Shown one piece after another: positions 1 to 9,019 of a stretch of 64,000 nt of DNA; within the stretch, counting starts at the first letter, position 1; each line of letters begins with the position of its first letter. The notes beneath the pieces were generated by a model. It was not told the origin of the DNA and did no database searches. It was given only the letters and a program-made list of their open reading frames with translations. Source of the stretch: a virus; the IMG/VR virus record IMGVR_UViG_3300027730_001702, positions 2,269-66,268 of that record; one strand, written 5' to 3'. Position numbers and translations under genes: made by a program.

Positions 1-74
1 CCTATATTTGGCCGAAAATCATTCATATTTGGACTTTTTTTGTTCATATATTTGGACTTTTCTTGTTAGTAAAT

Positions 75-182
75 TTACTTTACTACTTCATTTAATAATA
101 TATTATATACAATGAAAGTATAAAGTATACTAATAATTAGTGCGACTATACAGCTTATCCCTTGGGCTTCTAGATCTTCCAT
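75..182 (-). CDS. small membrane protein (35 aa, MEDLEAQGISCIVALIISILYTFIVYNILLNEVVK)
   Basis: Hand-translated ORF below the track cutoff; one hydrophobic stretch; lies downstream of the tRNAs on the same strand. Confidence 0.4.
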   Translation of the reverse strand: MEDLEAQGISCIVALIISILYTFIVYNILLNEVVK

Positions 183-235
183 ATCATTATATACTATATA
201 AATATAAAGTTAATAAATTATTTATAACTAAAGTT

Positions 236-322
236 CGGAACGAGTAGGATTTGAACCTACGGATGGAGTTAACCATCGGAAGTTTAGTAAACTTCTGCTT
301 TAGACCACTCAGCCATCGTTCC
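236..322 (-). tRNA. tRNA-Ser, anticodon ACT (type II, long variable arm)
   Basis: Reverse complement GGAACGA...TGGCTGAGTGGTCTAAAGCA-GAAGT-TTACTAA-ACTTC-C-GATGG-TTAACT-CCATC-C-GTAGG-TTCAAAT-CCTAC-TCGTTCC-G; G73 discriminator; CCA not encoded. Confidence 0.9.
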
Positions 323-337
323 ATAATACTTTTTCTC

Positions 338-409
338 CTGCCTAACTAGGATTTGAACCTAGAACATCTTCATTAACAGTGAAGCGCACTACCGTTGTGC
401 TATTAGGCA
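338..409 (-). tRNA. tRNA-Asn, anticodon GTT
   Basis: Acceptor TGCCTAA/TTAGGCA, anticodon arm CTTCA-CTGTTAA-TGAAG, T arm CTAGG-TTCAAAT-CCTAG; CCA not encoded. Confidence 0.95.
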
Positions 410-412
410 AAA

Positions 413-1030
413 TCATTTTAGCCAAACGGAAGTAGGATTATAAGAGTTTATGTCTAGATAATCCCAAACCTTCCAATTCTTTTCGCCTTTTGAATAAGTT
501 ATTATATTAAATAAAAACGCATATAGATCTTCAATATGCCAAACATCATCTAGTAATTTCTTTCCTAAAAATCTAGATTGGTGAGCTATATGATCTGAAT
601 AACTATAAGCAAAGGCTGAAAATGGTGGCAAAACGCAACCCATTGAGCAAAGAACTCCTTGCATTCTTGATGCTACTTCTTTGCCTCCAACAGAGTGCAT
701 TGTTACGATAACTCCTGCTGGTTTTCCAAGAAGATGCTGTTTGCCTTCTATCTCTGTCATTTTCTCAAAAAGTTGTTGCATTGGGCTTCCCCAACTATCC
801 CAGTAAGTTCCAGTGCAAAAAATTAGTGCATCGCTATCTTTTATAATATTTCTAACTTTCGGCCAATCGAAATTAGAATGAAGATGAAGTATTTTTATTT
901 TTATATTTGGATCTATTTTAAAGATTTTTCTTTTTATCTTTTTTATAAGACATGCAGTATTACCATTCTTACCACCAATAGAACCATTAATTATCGTTAA
1001 ATTTGTATTGGTTGCTTCTTGCGGTTTCAT
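413..1030 (-). CDS. flavodoxin-like NAD(P)H-dependent FMN reductase (WrbA/SsuE-like)
   Basis: IINGS..G..GNT N-terminal motif, DALIFCTGTYW, GKPAGVIVT, GG. Confidence 0.75.
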   Translation of the reverse strand: MKPQEATNTNLTIINGSIGGKNGNTACLIKKIKRKIFKIDPNIKIKILHLHSNFDWPKVRNIIKDSDALIFCTGTYWDSWGSPMQQLFEKMTEIEGKQHLLGKPAGVIVTMHSVGGKEVASRMQGVLCSMGCVLPPFSAFAYSYSDHIAHQSRFLGKKLLDDVWHIEDLYAFLFNIITYSKGEKNWKVWDYLDINSYNPTSVWLK

Positions 1031-1298
1031 TTATATGACTTTTTATTAAATTATATAATCTAACTTCTTCTTTATTAGCTTCTCTTTCAACTTTATCTAA
1101 ATTAGTAAACTTATATTCTTTGAGTTGGTGATGTTTGAAATGATATACCGCTTTATTTGGATAAGAGTCATTCGCAAATCTTATATATCTAAATGGTAAT
1201 TCCTCGCCTTTGATTTTATAAAGGGTTCCTAAAACTGGTTGAATTTGTTCATATGGAAATACTCCATCAATAAAATTTAATATTTTTACCCAGTTCAT
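987..1298 (-). CDS. hypothetical protein
   Basis: ORF track; overlaps both neighbours in the same operon. Confidence 0.6.
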   Translation of the reverse strand: MNWVKILNFIDGVFPYEQIQPVLGTLYKIKGEELPFRYIRFANDSYPNKAVYHFKHHQLKEYKFTNLDKVEREANKEEVRLYNLIKSHINETARSNQYKFNDN

Positions 1299-1495
1299 AT
1301 GATTCCGAATACCTTAAGCATTATTATACAAGATAGTACCACTCCTACTAGGCCAGTCAAAGTTCTAATCATTTTCATTTTATGATTATGATGGTCTACC
1401 CATAACTCAAAAGAATCTCTTAGTTTTCCTTTGGCTAGAAGTTTTCTCTTTTGTTTTTTTGTTAAATTAATTTTTGACATATTTCTGATATGCAT
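1295..1495 (-). CDS. small membrane protein
   Basis: Basic N-terminus, C-terminal TM helix. Confidence 0.6.
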   Translation of the reverse strand: MHIRNMSKINLTKKQKRKLLAKGKLRDSFELWVDHHNHKMKMIRTLTGLVGVVLSCIIMLKVFGII

Positions 1496-1517
1496 TTAAA
1501 AAATTTATTTAGAGGTT

Positions 1518-1814
1518 TTATTTCTTAAAATCACCAAGGTCACGATCAAAGCTAAACTTTCCAACACTCTCAACTAAACCTTCATATGTCTCTTCTGTGC
1601 ATCCTGCCATTTCAGTAAATGGAGCAATCACAACAAAGATACCAAAAGCCCCAATAGTTGCTGCGGTTGAAACAGGGCGAACAAGTGCGATATCTCCTGC
1701 GGCTAGAAAGCCGTCTGCTACTGGTGTAGATTGATTAGATGTGCCAGAGTCGGCAAAAGTAAAAGAGGCAGAGATTAGAATGAGGCTTAATACTATATTT
1801 TTAATGTTTTTCAT
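1518..1814 (-). CDS. signal-peptide-bearing small membrane protein
   Basis: Sec signal (..FTFA|D) then DIALVRPV..AATIG..IFVVIAPF, a pattern seen in a widespread bacterial hypothetical family. Confidence 0.65.
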   Translation of the reverse strand: MKNIKNIVLSLILISASFTFADSGTSNQSTPVADGFLAAGDIALVRPVSTAATIGAFGIFVVIAPFTEMAGCTEETYEGLVESVGKFSFDRDLGDFKK

Positions 1815-1881
1815 ATTGTATATTATATATTAGTATTATGCTTTTGTCAACTATATATTTGGCATTTTCCTATTAGTAAAT

Positions 1882-2463
1882 TTAATATTTATTTTTCGGT
1901 GGATTTTCAAATATAGTTGGGGGTTCGGAAAATGTTGATGCGTTTTGTGAAGTTTTATCCATAAAAAGAACTCCATAATTCTTTATTTTTAATTGGCCAT
2001 AAGCTTTTAAAGTAAATCCCCATTCTTGTATTCTCTCAATAAATTTATTTTTTATTTTCAAAGAATGATATTCAATCGCCATCTCATTTATATTTATAAA
2101 ATCTTTTGAATTAAAATTCTCTGCTATTAATAATTCGTATCCCTCTATATCACTTTTAAGAGCGGTGATATCATTTGTATTTATTAAATCTTTGATTTGT
2201 TGTGAATCGGATATATCAACGCATTGAAAAGATAAATTATCTATATTTGTATATTTTTGTTTAAAAAAATTAATTTCATTTATATCTTTGTCTATGCCTA
2301 TTACTTTATTTGCTCTATTACTCAAAAAATATATAAAAGAAAATTCTTTTTCATCTTTAACTCTCCATCTCCCACATCCCAAATCAAGAACATTCTGATC
2401 TTGAGCTTTAAAATATTTCCAATGTTCTGATGAGTTTTCTGTCTTTATATTAAAATTAATCAT
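1882..2463 (-). CDS. class I SAM-dependent methyltransferase (FkbM-like)
   Basis: VLDLGCG, LKSDIEGYE, IEYH. Confidence 0.8.
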   Translation of the reverse strand: MINFNIKTENSSEHWKYFKAQDQNVLDLGCGRWRVKDEKEFSFIYFLSNRANKVIGIDKDINEINFFKQKYTNIDNLSFQCVDISDSQQIKDLINTNDITALKSDIEGYELLIAENFNSKDFININEMAIEYHSLKIKNKFIERIQEWGFTLKAYGQLKIKNYGVLFMDKTSQNASTFSEPPTIFENPPKNKY

Positions 2464-2468
2464 TTTAT

Positions 2469-2873
2469 TTAATAATTTTTAGATTTCCATTCAAAATTAA
2501 AAAAATCAAAAGGTTTTCTATATTCGTCTTTTTGATCATAATCTACATTCGTACAATTTAAAACTATAGCTTCTTCAGTTCCTATAGCTGAAAATCCATG
2601 CCATATTTCGGGAGGTATTGTTAAAACTGAAGAAAATGGCATTAATATAATTTTTTCAGATTTATTTATTTTCTCGTCATATAATCCAACTAAAAGTCTT
2701 CCTTGTAGTAATATGAATCTATCTGTTTGTTTTTCATGTTTATGCCATGCTTTTATAACTCCAGGTAAACATGTCGTGACATAAATATGCTTAATTATTC
2801 CATCTTCTTTTTCTTTAACTAACTCTGCAAGCCATCCGCGATCATCTATAATTTTAGATATTAATTTATTCAT
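2469..2873 (-). CDS. RmlC-like cupin (dTDP-4-dehydrorhamnose 3,5-epimerase family)
   Basis: DDRGW, KAWHKHEKQTD, IPPEIWHGF. Confidence 0.8.
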   Translation of the reverse strand: MNKLISKIIDDRGWLAELVKEKEDGIIKHIYVTTCLPGVIKAWHKHEKQTDRFILLQGRLLVGLYDEKINKSEKIILMPFSSVLTIPPEIWHGFSAIGTEEAIVLNCTNVDYDQKDEYRKPFDFFNFEWKSKNY

Positions 2874-2877
2874 TTTA

Positions 2878-3744
2878 TTAATATTTATTTGGCGGAGGAT
2901 TAGGATAATTACCAGATATAATAGGATTATGAGGATAATTCTTATTTGGTCTATTTAATTTTAACTTTGTGGATCGTGGAATATTTGCTATTTTTGGCCA
3001 AATCCAAGATTGCCCATCTTTATATTCTTTTATTATTAAATCTGCCGTTAAGTAATTTAAATTTGTTTCATTATTATAATATGACCTAAATTCTGATTTA
3101 TAAATTTCTCCTATCTTTCCTGTTCGATATAAAGAAAGTATCCATCTTTCTGTTAACCAATATAATGGATATCCATGATGGCTTTTGCTTAAATCTTTTT
3201 CATGTTCTATAATGTCGGGAAGATTTCTTATATAGGAAGTTTTTGCCCACCAAAAATTACCAGAAAAAAATAATTTATGCTTATATAAATCTATTGAATA
3301 GTTATGATGATAACTCTCGGTTAAATTTACTCCAATGACATCATATCCATCCTCTAGTCCTCTTATAGACTTTTCGTATTTATTTATTAATATAAATTCT
3401 AACATTTTCCTCCAAGCAGAAATTGTTTTTTTATACTGTGGTCTAGAAACTCCTTTAGCATGAATATATAATACATAAGATTCGTTATTTTGAGACCATT
3501 TTTTAAGTTGCCTTAAACAAGCTCTTTCGTAATCTTTCATATCTGTTGAATAATTAATTAAATGTATTTTACTTGTTTTTTCTAATAAAAAATTAATATC
3601 TTCTTTTGATTTGCCTAGATATGAGATATAAATTTTATCTAGTTCTTTAAATAAATCGCTAGAATATATACATTTAAATTGATCTTCGACAATCTCTCTC
3701 CAGTGATTCAAATCGCATATATGCCAAAATATTACTTTTTTCAT
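2878..3744 (-). CDS. putative glycosyltransferase-related protein
   Basis: LYIHAKGVS, GNFWWA, ERW motifs typical of proteins in viral glycan clusters. Confidence 0.55.
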   Translation of the reverse strand: MKKVIFWHICDLNHWREIVEDQFKCIYSSDLFKELDKIYISYLGKSKEDINFLLEKTSKIHLINYSTDMKDYERACLRQLKKWSQNNESYVLYIHAKGVSRPQYKKTISAWRKMLEFILINKYEKSIRGLEDGYDVIGVNLTESYHHNYSIDLYKHKLFFSGNFWWAKTSYIRNLPDIIEHEKDLSKSHHGYPLYWLTERWILSLYRTGKIGEIYKSEFRSYYNNETNLNYLTADLIIKEYKDGQSWIWPKIANIPRSTKLKLNRPNKNYPHNPIISGNYPNPPPNKY

Positions 3745-3877
3745 TTAAAATTTATCAATTATTAAATTTTTTATATCCATATTATGTTATATCTATATTT
3801 ATATAATATGGCAAATATAATTATATGGTGTTACATAAAATGTTTTACATTTTTAACCTATTTATGTATAATCTATT

Positions 3878-4069
3878 ATGGTTAAAAAATTAAATATATC
3901 AATAGAATATGTTATAGACTCCAAAAACAAAGTAGAAATCTTAGACGAATTATTAAAAGATGAGATACATTGGGTTCTTAGAAACAAAATAGACTCTTTA
4001 AAAGAGGTTATAGTCCATGAATTAGACTCTCAAATAACTAAAGACCATATCTATATAAATATAGTTTAA
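3878..4069 (+). CDS. hypothetical protein
   Basis: ORF track; TTTACA-N17-TATAAT immediately upstream; abuts next gene. Confidence 0.6.
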   Translation: MVKKLNISIEYVIDSKNKVEILDELLKDEIHWVLRNKIDSLKEVIVHELDSQITKDHIYINIV

Positions 4070-4855
4070 ATGACAAATTCTGGCACTTTATATGTTATTG
4101 GCACAGATATTGGCAATAAAAAATATCTTTCTCCTGCGGTAAAAGAAGCTCTTAGTGATGTAGAGTGGGCGTTAACTGAACATGCCAGACGGTCCACCGA
4201 TATATTAAACTATTTCAATATAAAAGTTAAACAGGTTACTTTTAATCTTAGAAATGAAAAAATAAAAACTCAAGAAGCTATTTATAGATTATCTAAAGGA
4301 GACAATTTAGGGTTATTATCTGATGCTGGCATGCCAGTAGTCTCAGATCCAGGAACAGAATTAATAGATTTATGTTTAAAATATAAAATAAAAGTTAAAG
4401 TCATCTCTGGGACATCTTCTATCGTACATGCCTTAGCTTACAGCGGATTTCCTAACGTACCATTTTATTTTGGAGGATTTTTAATTCCATCAAATGGAAG
4501 AAGACATCAAGGTTTAGATTTATCAAGCGTGAATATTAAAGAAATTTATAAAATAAATAAGAAAAATCAAATGATTCCAGTCATAGAAAAGTATATTAAT
4601 AATATTTTAAGTGAATGTTCTACAAGAAAAGGTCTTTCGGTGTTTCTTATAAATGGAATGCACTTAGATATAATTTTAACAAAATCTGAAAAATTTTTAC
4701 CTATTAATACTCAAATCGCTATTTGCTCTGAACTCACAAGAAGCCAAGAAAAAATACATAGAGGTACTGCTTCTGAATTAAAAAATATTCTTCAAGAAAA
4801 TCCAAAATTAAAACTTGGTGAACATGTTATAATTTTTTATATAAATAAAAATTAA
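4070..4855 (+). CDS. rsmI: 16S rRNA (cytidine1402-2'-O)-methyltransferase RsmI-like
   Basis: GTLYVIGTDIGN, LLSDAGMPVVSDPG, SGFP..FYFGGFL, ELTR..E..RGT, GE; has an internal insertion. Confidence 0.85.
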   Translation: MTNSGTLYVIGTDIGNKKYLSPAVKEALSDVEWALTEHARRSTDILNYFNIKVKQVTFNLRNEKIKTQEAIYRLSKGDNLGLLSDAGMPVVSDPGTELIDLCLKYKIKVKVISGTSSIVHALAYSGFPNVPFYFGGFLIPSNGRRHQGLDLSSVNIKEIYKINKKNQMIPVIEKYINNILSECSTRKGLSVFLINGMHLDIILTKSEKFLPINTQIAICSELTRSQEKIHRGTASELKNILQENPKLKLGEHVIIFYINKN

Positions 4856-5680
4856 TTATTTATTTTTATTGAATGAATTAGATAAAAATGGGCATTTAGA
4901 AATCTTTTCTTCGTTTATATTAAATTTATAATCTAATTTATGTTTTCCTTCGGCTATGTTATTTCCATTTGAATCTTTACCGTCTCTATAGAAAAATTGA
5001 CGATCCGAAATTTTCTCTCTTTTGCTCTCGTTGAAAATCGTTCTTGATTTTCTCCATGCTGAATGTTGGTCGTTAAGTTCTTTATTATTTTTTATGCTTG
5101 AAAATTTCATATTAGTTCTCTCATTTAAGTTTAATGGATAAGGCAATATCCTACATATTGGTGTATTTTCTTTTATTCTAATTAGTTTATTAGTTTCTGT
5201 AATTTTAAAATTCATAGTGAAAGTAAATGGCGACCAGTTTGTTTCTACTATAGCCTCCAATGGTTGAAGTCCATTAATTGGATTATTTGGGTATCCAGAA
5301 ACTAACAAGCCCCATCCTGGCGGTGTTTTAAATACTACTGGAAAAGTAAAAGTCACAATTCCTGCGGTAAAATGAGATAAACAATAGCTAAAGTATTCAT
5401 TTTGTTTCTTATGAATTATTTTTACGCTAGATATTCTTCCCTCTCCATCCCAAAAAACATCGGTTTCATTTTGATATAATATCGTATATCCTGCTTGATT
5501 TGCAGTAACTAAAGGAGTGCAGTAATAAGCATAATTCTGAGCTTTATCATCCATCCAATCTCTTTTTGAAGAAGATGGTATTATATATTTTTTGCATTGT
5601 TCTTCAATATTTTCATGTACAAAATAACATTCAATTAAAATATCTTTTTTTATAATAGAGTTTTCGTCGTTTAAATTCAT
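4856..5680 (-). CDS. DUF6065-like protein
   Basis: RDWMD..YAYYCTPLVTANQAG, VETNWSPFTFTMN. Confidence 0.75.
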   Translation of the reverse strand: MNLNDENSIIKKDILIECYFVHENIEEQCKKYIIPSSSKRDWMDDKAQNYAYYCTPLVTANQAGYTILYQNETDVFWDGEGRISSVKIIHKKQNEYFSYCLSHFTAGIVTFTFPVVFKTPPGWGLLVSGYPNNPINGLQPLEAIVETNWSPFTFTMNFKITETNKLIRIKENTPICRILPYPLNLNERTNMKFSSIKNNKELNDQHSAWRKSRTIFNESKREKISDRQFFYRDGKDSNGNNIAEGKHKLDYKFNINEEKISKCPFLSNSFNKNK

Positions 5681-6567
5681 TAAGAGTGTTTTTTATTAAA
5701 GGCAAAATTATTAATTCTATTAATTAAATCCAAAGATCCTTTTGTTAAATTTTTTTCTTCTGAATCTAAAATTGGTATAAAATTCCAAGGTTTATAAGAT
5801 CTTTTATCAAAAATCATCTGATTAGTTTTTTTGTTTTTAATACCATAGCAATAGTGGTAAAATGTTCCTTCTCTGTTTGGGTCGTCAAAGGGTGGCATAT
5901 CCATAACATCTATCATTTCTGGAATAATTTTTTTCTCTGCGAGGGCTATATTAAAACCAAACATATCACAAATCCAGTCTTTATATAAAGGGTTATTGTC
6001 TCTGTCCGTTGATCTAAATAATATTGTCAATTCTATCCATCTGTCAATTATTTTTCTTAGCACATTTTCTCTTACAAAAAATGGCCAACCAATTGGTCTG
6101 TAGTAGTTTAAAAAATCTATAAAATTTAAATTTACATATTTCATATAATAATTAATTGTTTTTTTACTGAATTCACTTAATTTCGGATCCATGTAGCTAT
6201 ATTGTTGCCCTGATATATCTGTTTCTTTTTCTAAAATAAATTTACTTTTAAAAACAAAATCTGCTTCTACAAATAAATAAAATTTGTCTGGTTCTGGAGT
6301 TTTTGATTCTAAATATTCTTTAACTGAAAAAGCTCTATCATATATAATATAATGGTCATCATCTTTTAATTTTGCATAACTTTTATTTTTGCATAAAAAA
6401 TATGGATAATTTTTATTTAAATTTTCTCTGTCTGATATTATTAATGATAAAAAATCTATATTTTTATCATTCCCATATGTTTTTAAAAATGAATCATACA
6501 TTAACTCCATCTGCCAATCAATATAATTGCTAGTTGTTTCGGTAACTAAAACTGTGAATTTATTCAT
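5680..6567 (-). CDS. HPAT/SGT1-like (GT95/GT96-like) protein O-glycosyltransferase
   Basis: YIDWQMELMYDSF, VEADFVF, GWPF, WICDMFGFNIA, HYCYG, FDKRSY match my recollection of plant/algal HPAT/SGT1 motifs. Confidence 0.65.
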   Translation of the reverse strand: MNKFTVLVTETTSNYIDWQMELMYDSFLKTYGNDKNIDFLSLIISDRENLNKNYPYFLCKNKSYAKLKDDDHYIIYDRAFSVKEYLESKTPEPDKFYLFVEADFVFKSKFILEKETDISGQQYSYMDPKLSEFSKKTINYYMKYVNLNFIDFLNYYRPIGWPFFVRENVLRKIIDRWIELTILFRSTDRDNNPLYKDWICDMFGFNIALAEKKIIPEMIDVMDMPPFDDPNREGTFYHYCYGIKNKKTNQMIFDKRSYKPWNFIPILDSEEKNLTKGSLDLINRINNFAFNKKHS

Positions 6568-6722
6568 TATATTTTTTTAATATATAAAGCCATTGATTTA
6601 TTTGATATTTTTTTAATATATTCTTTTGCTTGAGCTTTTCCTTTTTTAGAGGCTGGAAAAGCTCCATATAAAAATTTATCTTTTTTATTTAAAATTGCAT
6701 AATATTTACTTTTATTTTTCAT
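6567..6722 (-). CDS. small basic protein (51 aa), paralog of 25318..25497
   Basis: Hand-translated MKNKSKYYAILNKKDKFLYGAFPASKKG...; TAATG overlap with the next gene. Confidence 0.7.
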   Translation of the reverse strand: MKNKSKYYAILNKKDKFLYGAFPASKKGKAQAKEYIKKISNKSMALYIKKI

Positions 6723-6861
6723 TTAATATTAATTCTTTTAAAAGCTTAAGATGGTGAAGGTTCCAATTTTCCCCATCTTTTTCTTCATTTTCTATATCTT
6801 GATATATATTATATGCTATCATTTGATCTAATAAACTTATAATTTTTTGGTTATTATTCAT
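6712..6861 (-). CDS. small hypothetical protein (49 aa)
   Basis: Hand-translated MNNNQKIISLLDQM...WNLHHLKLLKELILNEK; overlaps the next start. Confidence 0.5.
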   Translation of the reverse strand: MNNNQKIISLLDQMIAYNIYQDIENEEKDGENWNLHHLKLLKELILNEK

Positions 6862-6905
6862 TATACTTATATTATATAAGAATAGTGTAATTCATTCTAG
6901 AATAT

Positions 6906-8066
6906 ATGTTTTATTTAAATGCAACCAAAAAATTTTTATCTTTCACTGTGACAAACGCTGGTGGATTTAGTTCTTATGGATCTAGCGCAAAATCTGGTCA
7001 TATATACTATAGTAATAATATATCTGACCCTTGGGGTAATAATGGAGTTCATATTGGCTCATTTGATCTTAAAACTGCTGGCTCTACTACATTCGTAATT
7101 GGTGAATCTAACGATGCCGCTGGAACAATCTTGGCTAATAAACAAAAATATACAAGTATGTGCAATTTATTTTCTGCTGGAACATTAGATTATCATTTTT
7201 TAACATTTGTAATAAATAGGTCTAAACCTGCTGATTTTGTGCCTACTAGCTGTCCATGTACACAATTTCCTGGGCAGGGAATTGTAAATAATCGTACAGT
7301 TTGTGACGCAGCAAATTTTACATTTTTAGATGGATATAATCATGCAGGCGCAAATATAACTATAACTCCATATTATATAAATTCTTCTAATACTTTAATT
7401 GCGGGGGGCAGTTTATCAACATCATTCTGGGATCTCATAGAATTTGCTGCCAATCCTAATTGTTATAATCTTAAATCAAATAGTCCAACATCTGGTAGGT
7501 TTCCAGATGATGCTAATAATTACGACGAGGTTGGTTGGACAAATGGTTCAGTTCTTATGCCTATACATGGTTGTGAGGCTAATGGTCCATCTAGCACTTT
7601 AAGAAGAGGCGCGTTTCGTGATTATTTTCCTTCAGGTGGAGTCACGTTTCCAGCTAAATGCACATCAGCACTTCCAAATTATACAAATAAAAACGGTAAT
7701 CATTATTGGGGCCGTGGATATGCTGATCCGCTGGGAAAAAATAAAACAAAAATAACTCAAAGTAATGGTCCGTATGGATCACCATTATCTGAAAATTATT
7801 ATAATGATAATATTGTTTATGATTCATTATTCGGTAGTTCAAACGGAGTGAGCGGAACTGGGTTAGTCCAATGTCCAATATCTACAGGAGTAGTGTCTAA
7901 TAACATGCGTCCAAGATATTTCTTAGATATTACCTCAAGATGTAATGCAGGTGCAAGAACTAGCACTTTCCAACCATATTATAATGGCTCGACATATCCA
8001 ACTTATGGTGGGTATGGATTTTACATGAAATTTAATTGGGACGCTTTATGCTATCCTTGCGTTTAA
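6906..8066 (+). CDS. Cys/Gly/Asn-rich protein, probably virion-associated
   Basis: 386 aa ORF, many Cys, GTGTAA motif upstream. Confidence 0.6.
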   Translation: MFYLNATKKFLSFTVTNAGGFSSYGSSAKSGHIYYSNNISDPWGNNGVHIGSFDLKTAGSTTFVIGESNDAAGTILANKQKYTSMCNLFSAGTLDYHFLTFVINRSKPADFVPTSCPCTQFPGQGIVNNRTVCDAANFTFLDGYNHAGANITITPYYINSSNTLIAGGSLSTSFWDLIEFAANPNCYNLKSNSPTSGRFPDDANNYDEVGWTNGSVLMPIHGCEANGPSSTLRRGAFRDYFPSGGVTFPAKCTSALPNYTNKNGNHYWGRGYADPLGKNKTKITQSNGPYGSPLSENYYNDNIVYDSLFGSSNGVSGTGLVQCPISTGVVSNNMRPRYFLDITSRCNAGARTSTFQPYYNGSTYPTYGGYGFYMKFNWDALCYPCV

Positions 8067-8067
8067 C

Positions 8068-8511
8068 TTAAAGAAAATAAACCTTAAGATAGTCTTCTTT
8101 TGCTATAATAGAAAAAGATCTATAAGCCGCTTTATCAAGAGTAATCTTTTTCCAAAAATTAGCCCAGTCTTCATCTGTTACACCAACAACAAAAACTTTA
8201 CCCCTATAATCTGTCATTTCTGGAGGCAATTGAGTCTCTATACTTCTTTTGGGTGGATTTTTATTAAATTGTTTTACTTTTTCTTGTATTTTTTCATTTT
8301 TAAAAAGTTCATCTAAAAATATAGTGTCCTCATTTTGAGTATAAATTTTAGTAAAAAAATCACTAACTCTTTGCCCACATTCACAAGTTGGATTATCTCT
8401 CCAACTTAATAGGTCTATTTCTATATTTTTATATTTTTCTTTTAAAATATCGAATGTCTCTGGTGTTTCTACTGCTGCTCTTAAAGTTAGAAAAGAAATT
8501 ATTTTGCTCAT
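8068..8511 (-). CDS. CxC-motif protein, paralog of 61719..62192
   Basis: WRDNPTCECGQRV; C-terminal RSFSIIAKEDYLKVYFL. Confidence 0.7.
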   Translation of the reverse strand: MSKIISFLTLRAAVETPETFDILKEKYKNIEIDLLSWRDNPTCECGQRVSDFFTKIYTQNEDTIFLDELFKNEKIQEKVKQFNKNPPKRSIETQLPPEMTDYRGKVFVVGVTDEDWANFWKKITLDKAAYRSFSIIAKEDYLKVYFL

Positions 8512-8575
8512 ATATTCTTATGATACTAAATTTTAATATAAAAGTCTAAAAATTTTTAAATGATATATATTTATT

Positions 8576-9007
8576 CTACATCCCAATCGGATCGGGAAAT
8601 GAGGGATTTCCGTCATCTCCGCCAGTGTTGCAGTTTGTTGGCGGATCGGGTGGTGGTGACGGTGGCGGTGGCGGTGTATAACAACAATCTGGTAACGGGA
8701 CTTTGTCTTTACACGTAACAGGAGTCACGACTTTACTTCTTGTGCATTCCATATCATAAACAAGTTCGTTCACAGGGCAACTAGCACCATCAGGCCAATC
8801 CTTGTAACCAGACCTACACCCTAACCCAGTGCCCTTGTCATCACTCCATTTTGTTTGTCCATAAATGCATTCACCACAAACACAACCATCACTTGGCATC
8901 GTGCAGGATTTACAGAATGCATCGCAGTCTTCATCTTTAAAGCCGAAGGGGTATTTTAGAACCTTGTATGGACAACTCCAACTACCATATTGTACAATAA
9001 GACACAT
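8576..9007 (-). CDS. Cys-rich protein with Pro-rich (TPPPPPSPPPDPP) tail
   Basis: ORF track; GC content higher than flanks; many Cys. Confidence 0.65.
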   Translation of the reverse strand: MCLIVQYGSWSCPYKVLKYPFGFKDEDCDAFCKSCTMPSDGCVCGECIYGQTKWSDDKGTGLGCRSGYKDWPDGASCPVNELVYDMECTRSKVVTPVTCKDKVPLPDCCYTPPPPPSPPPDPPTNCNTGGDDGNPSFPDPIGM

Positions 9008-9019
9008 AAATTACTTTCG

